Below, one piece after another: positions 59,150 to 64,000 of a stretch of 64,000 bases of DNA (position 1 is its first letter; each line of letters opens with the position of its first letter). Below the pieces are notes generated by a model, which saw nothing but the letters and a program-made list of their open reading frames with translations, was not told the DNA's origin and did no database searches. Position numbers and translations under genes: made by a program. Origin of the DNA: Isurus oxyrinchus (taxonomy: Eukaryota); assembly GCA_026770705.1 (NCBI GenBank), contig JANJGN010000017.1, positions 39,928,001 through 39,992,000 on the forward strand, in the 5' to 3' direction.

Positions 59150-61255
59150 TTATAAGAATAAATGAGGAAATGTTTTGGATTCCATAGGCTGGGGGAGTTA
59201 TCAAGCTTTTAAAATTCAGAGAATTTTTGTAGTTCATTAGTTGATTCGTTCCATTTCTGTAAATTCAAAAAGTGCCATATTACAAAGTAAAGCTGGAGAA
59301 AGATGTGCATGGTGAAGTATTTTTTGGAATAGGCTTATGAATTTGTAGTTTTTTTCCTAACCTTTTGTTTCCAAATTTGTTAAATCTCATTTTGGATCTG
59401 CATTTTTTGGATCTGCCGATGCTGTTCGCAAAGCACTTCAATGAGATTCTTCAAGAAATGTTTTACTGTCAGTGAATTTTGTTATTGTATGTGTTATTGG
59501 TAAAGGAACTTAGTGTGTATTTTGCTCTCCTTATATTCTGTTGATGAATAAATGGGTCCTTAATACATTACGATATAAACCATGGGGGGGTCAATCCAAT
59601 GCAGACGGGATAGGGGAAAGGTCAGGTAGGATGGGGTGTTGGCTGATGTAGATGCTAAATGGCAGTGGGGTCTCATTAAGAAGTGATGAACGTCACCACA
59701 CGTGGGTGGCACTTTCTAGTCTCAGGCACTGCTGGAGGTTGTCCCTGTATCTACAGATGTGTGAAGCAAGTTAGTTTAGTGCTATGTCAGCAGCTGTTAA
59801 GTGGTCACAGAGCACATTATAACAGAAGGAAATGCAGTGGCTGTCATGTATTCAGAGTGGAGTTTGACTCATGGAGCAGAACATAGAGCATACGCTAATA
59901 TGTCAAAATGTTCTGACATCATCCTGCTGCAGGATGGGTTGAAGGTTTATTTGGGAGAAACATAAATCACTTGTTTCTCACCAGTTATAATACTTGTTTC
60001 CTTTGTATGTATGTATGTATTAATAATTGTTATTTCATGTTGTATTTTTAATTAATAGATTAGCCCCTGACAAAGAGCAGATCCATTTTTTGACATAGCA
60101 CAGCTTGATATATCTCAGATGGCTGTCATTGTGGAGGCTGATGTAGTGTAACTGGAGATGAGTTTTAGATTAAAGTGCCCCCTTATGGATAGCTATGGAA
60201 ACTGCATTCATGCATCTTGCAGACTTCTGTTGATCATTTAATAGCAATATGAGTATGTTCTTTCTCCTTCAACTCTCAAAGGATGTTTTGATTGAAAATT
60301 TCACCAATGTAATTATTGTTACATTTCTGATAGACCAGTAGGATCACTGATCTCTGCTACCCCAAGTTTTTCAATGAGGTGGGCGACCCTTTCAGTTGGA
60401 AACTAATAATTTGCACTGTTTGATGTTCATACATATGGTGAGAGCCAGATTCACTTTGTGTTTTATAAAGATCTGCAGTCATTTCCGTTTCAGACCTTGA
60501 AAGAACTTCACAGTCCAACACAGAGAGTGGAGCTGACAAGCTGGTCACAGCAGCATGCACAGCGATTTCGCTTTGAATTCTAACACTTAATTTTGAACTT
60601 CAGGTATAGCTTTCTCCAATGCAGCACACTGAGCACCTCCCACCGAGTCCGAACTGGCATCGAACAGAGGGCCCCAACTGCCAGAAAAAAAAGTGACTTT
60701 GTCGAATCAAATTCTGCTAGTCAGTTGTGCCTTTTTGCAATACATAGGATATCGAGAATATCACATGCTGCAGGGGTGTGACGACACATAAACATCCAAG
60801 TGATTGTGAGTGCGCTGTGTTTTACTGGGTCCTTGGGCTGTGTGATAATGACATCACTCATGTGGCACATTATTCATCCAACAGCAGTTCTACAATATGA
60901 TGATAATACTGATCTTTCTCAGAACTCCTGTTCTATAGTTAGCTTTTTGTCTGGACATTTGATCTGAGCAAGGTGATGTGGTACCCAGTAGAACCCTGCG
61001 ATGGAGTCTAGCATGCTTTGTTGCTATGGTGCGTTGCTAAGATTCATAGGCAATTCTGAAAGAGATGGTATTGCACTGGCGTCACTACTTCAAATTGTTG
61101 CTTCCTTTGTTAAAGAGCTGCTATTCTTGTTTCTGAGGAAGGAGAATTCGTCATTTTCCTCAATGTCACACGCAGGCAGTACTGTGCTTTCTGAAACTTC
61201 ACCTCGTCGACAATGTTTGAATTTTGAGTTGCTCCACAATATAATGACTACTAAC
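59150..61255 (-). pseudogene. ITIH-like unit 6: VWA-helical region (60130-61255) and probable C-terminal domain start (59150-59560)
   Basis: VVIILWSNSKFKHCRRGEVSESTVLPACDIEENDEFSFL aligns without gaps to VVFVLDSSASMVGTKLRQTKDALFTILHDLRPQDRFSII. Then ERSV/SIIIIL (about 60893-60918), HN*LA, SEIAVH (60555-60572), LSVLDCEV, HLIEKL (60364-60381), AVSIAI. Weaker KDP.FI and KKYF near 59560-59300. Confidence 0.72.
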
Positions 61256-62554
61256 AAAAAAAAAAGGAAAGCTGAATAATTTGTCACTATTTCTTTAATC
61301 TGGCTATATTTGTAGTACATTAATAATGGGTTCCTTTAATAGAAAATTGTAGCACTGAGCACAAAATGCATTCATCGGGAACAGCTAATTTCTAGCATTC
61401 GTCAAAATGTTGAACAATTTGAGGGTTAATGTATTGGGCATTGTAAAAGAATCCGTGTTCACTTAGGCATTTTAAAATGGTTTTTGTTTCTTAAAACCAT
61501 GTCCTGGTTTCCCCCTCTGCATTTTTGTGCTGTGTGTTTACAAATAAATAAACTAGCAGTTCTCCTTTGGTGACACTCATTGTTTGTTAGACGGTATTCT
61601 GGAATGTGGGGAACTTGTGAGGCGGGTAGAGCCAGGGAGAAGTAGGGAATTTGTTGTACCATTGGTAGGAGGTCCTTGTGTTTGGGAGGAATGGAAAGCA
61701 CCTTGTAGGAGTGGGCAAGTGAAGTTGGCAGTGTGGAGGAGGAGCAGGAATTTTGTCTAGGTTTGAAAGAGCTGGCATAGTGCTGGCAAACAGTGGGAAT
61801 GGTTACAATGACTGCTTTAAAAAAAACAGTTGAAAGAAAGAATAGAAGTTGGAGTTTTCTTGTAAAGGTTGGAGTAGAGAGAAAGATATGGGTGGTCCAC
61901 TTTAGATGAAGAGGAAATGAGGGAAACTATCCAGGTTCCTATACAGGGTGAGTATAGGAGGAGGGAGACATTGTAAGAAGAAGGAATGTGGAAATGTACC
62001 TCTGCGGAGAGTTGATGTGGGGGAAATGGATGAAGGGGAAATAATTTCCTTCACTTGCCTAATGCCTAGAAAAGGCATCTAGTTCCAGATTCTGTCACCC
62101 AAACCGGTGAGGATATATTTTAAATGAAAGCTCGCCCATGCATGGTGCTGGGGAAAATAATTTTGGGATGCTATCTGCAGCAGTGAGGGGAACCACATGT
62201 CCACATTATCAGGAGCCTTTAGTTCTTTTTAAGGCAACAGACAGTATTTTAAGAGGTCAGGCCACTCGGTCTGTAACTCTAATTCAGGCATAGGGATTGA
62301 ATTGGATTAAATTGGGTTTGGGGTGGTCAGTTTGGGGCGACAGTGGATACAGTCAGGTTGGCTTTGAGTTACATCAGGCTGAGGAGGGCGTTATCAGTGA
62401 GGGAACCAGCGCTTAAGAGGCATCAGGCCAGGGGTTGGGCAAAGCTGTGGAGAACAATCTTAGGAATGGAGCTGGAGCTCTTGGAAGTAAGCATCCAACA
62501 TTATCATTTATCTTGGAGGTCAAGTTGGAGGACCTAGAAGTAATAAGTGTATAA

Positions 62555-63290
62555 GAACTTAAGAAATAGAAGTTGGAGTAGGCCATTTGGCCCTTCGAGC
62601 CTGTGCCACCATTCGTTATAATCATGGCTGATTTACCTCAACTCCACCTCCCACGCTATCACCATATCCCTTCATTCCTTTAGTACCACTGCCTTGAATA
62701 ATAACTTAATGACCAAGCATCCAGCTCTCTGAGGTAGAGAATTCCAAAGATTTGCAATCCTTTGAGCGCTGAAATTTATCTGCATCTGGGTTCTGAACTG
62801 CCAGCCCTTATTCTGAGACTGTAGCCCCGTGTTCTAGATTCTTCAGCATTTTCTCAGTACCTACCCTGTCAAGCCTCTTCAGAATTTTATGGGTGGAATT
62901 TTCCAGCCCCTCCCGCCAACGGGATTTTCAGTCCCGCCGAAGTGAATGGACTTTTGAACGGCTCACCACTTTTTCTGGTCCCACCTTGATGTGACAGGGC
63001 AGTAAAATTCCACTTCCTTTGTTTCATTTCGACCACCTCGTATATTTCTAAACTCCAGGGGTTTTGCGCTCTTTATACTCAATCGTTCGTCATGGGACAA
63101 TCTCTTCATCCCAGCGCTCAGTCTAGTGAACTTTTATTGTGCTCCCCTCTACGGCAGGTTTATCTTTCCTTAAATAAGGAGACCAAAACTGCATGCAGTA
63201 CTCTAGCTGTAGCCTCGCCAATGCCCTGTAAAATTGCAGTAGGACTTCTTTACTCTTCTAATCCCTTTGTAACAAAAGTTAACATCCCAG
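62555..63290 (-). mobile_element. CR1 3' fragment with a nested small Harbinger-type MITE (about 62891-63013)
   Basis: aagaaatagaagttggagtaggccatttggcccttcgagcctg...; the insert reads gggtggaattttcc...gtaaaattccac. Confidence 0.85.
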
Positions 63291-63739
63291 GTAAATTTAA
63301 TTTTGATTGACAAGAGTGATGAAAGTAACATGACAGAATTAGTGTGATAGGAAATTCTTAGGGGAAGCCAGTATGAAAGGGAGTGCGATTATAGTGAATT
63401 TAATACAGACTGGCCGATCTATTGTCTTGGTTTGAAAGGATGGTTATGATGCTTAGTTGCCAACTTGGCCTTTTTCTTTCATGCTCCTATTTTAAATAGG
63501 CACATCCCGGCATTGTAATTGTAACTCTTTGGAGCAATTTGCTTTGTTCCTCTTCTCCTTTTATTGTGGATTTTTTTGCTGATTTTTGCTGTAGTTGTTA
63601 ATTGGAAGGGGTTCCACCTTCTTTCCTCATGTTTGATTTATGTTCAGTATCTCATCACTTGTGATTTGAGGGTGATCTTATGTGGAATTTGAGCCAATCA
63701 TGTGAAAACATGATGGACATATCAAGTGTGATGCCTGAG

Positions 63740-64000
63740 GTATGATCCAGGAAGTACAAAACGTGAAATATGAAAGATAAAGTGCACATTCATTGTAACA
63801 TTTTTATATGTACGTCAACGAGAAAATCTTTGCTGCTGCTGCTTAAAATTGTGTAAAATGTAATGTGTTGTCTGAAAAAGGAAGGGTTGTGTCCCTTTAA
63901 GGCTGCAAAGACCAGTTGCTGACAAGGGAACACTTGAGTAACATTGTAAAAGTATCAGCTGAGAAGCTGCATAAATCCTTGTTCCAGCATTTAGTGTTCC
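63740..64000 (-). pseudogene. ITIH-like unit 6: VIT domain (continues beyond the window)
   Basis: DTFTMLL (cf. EKFTVSV); KQQQQ then KDFLVDVHI (63805-63831; cf. VKPQQLVKDF.IDVHI). Confidence 0.6.

Noticed and set aside
61580-62540. Purine-rich stretch that may be an old non-LTR retroelement (also 57430-57930)
   Set aside because: I could not recover diagnostic RT or endonuclease motifs with confidence, so it is not listed as a feature.
270-64000. A single functional ITIH gene with scattered exons
   Set aside because: Domains recur several times, every fragment has stops or frameshifts, and TEs and microsatellites interrupt the coding remnants.
1-64000. Prokaryotic systems (CRISPR arrays, operons, phage) or an endogenous virus
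   Set aside because: There is no repeat-spacer array, dense ORF packing or viral motif. The content is typical repeat-rich vertebrate DNA.

Overview
This is vertebrate genomic DNA, very probably from a cartilaginous fish. That inference rests on the repeat content: SacSINE1/Deu-type SINEs, two CR1-type LINE families, an L2, PIF/Harbinger elements with their MITEs, a hAT MITE, Penelope-type short repeats and microsatellites. There is one 128-N assembly gap. I found no intact protein-coding gene. The main result lies in the unique DNA between the repeats. Read by eye on the minus strand across stops and frameshifts, it repeatedly gives inter-alpha-trypsin inhibitor heavy chain (ITIH) motifs in the correct domain order: VIT, VWA, helical region, DPHFI cleavage site, ITI C-terminal domain. 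These form five more or less full units plus one partial unit, head-to-tail: about 270-18300, 20750-24620, 27465-37500, 38400-52545, 54560-56030 (partial) and 59150-64000 (runs off the window). All units are heavily decayed and TE-riddled, and several appear to lack the introns of canonical ITIH genes. The protein comparisons use my recollection of ITIH sequences, not a search, so they need frameshift-aware alignment to confirm. Most repeat boundaries are approximate.
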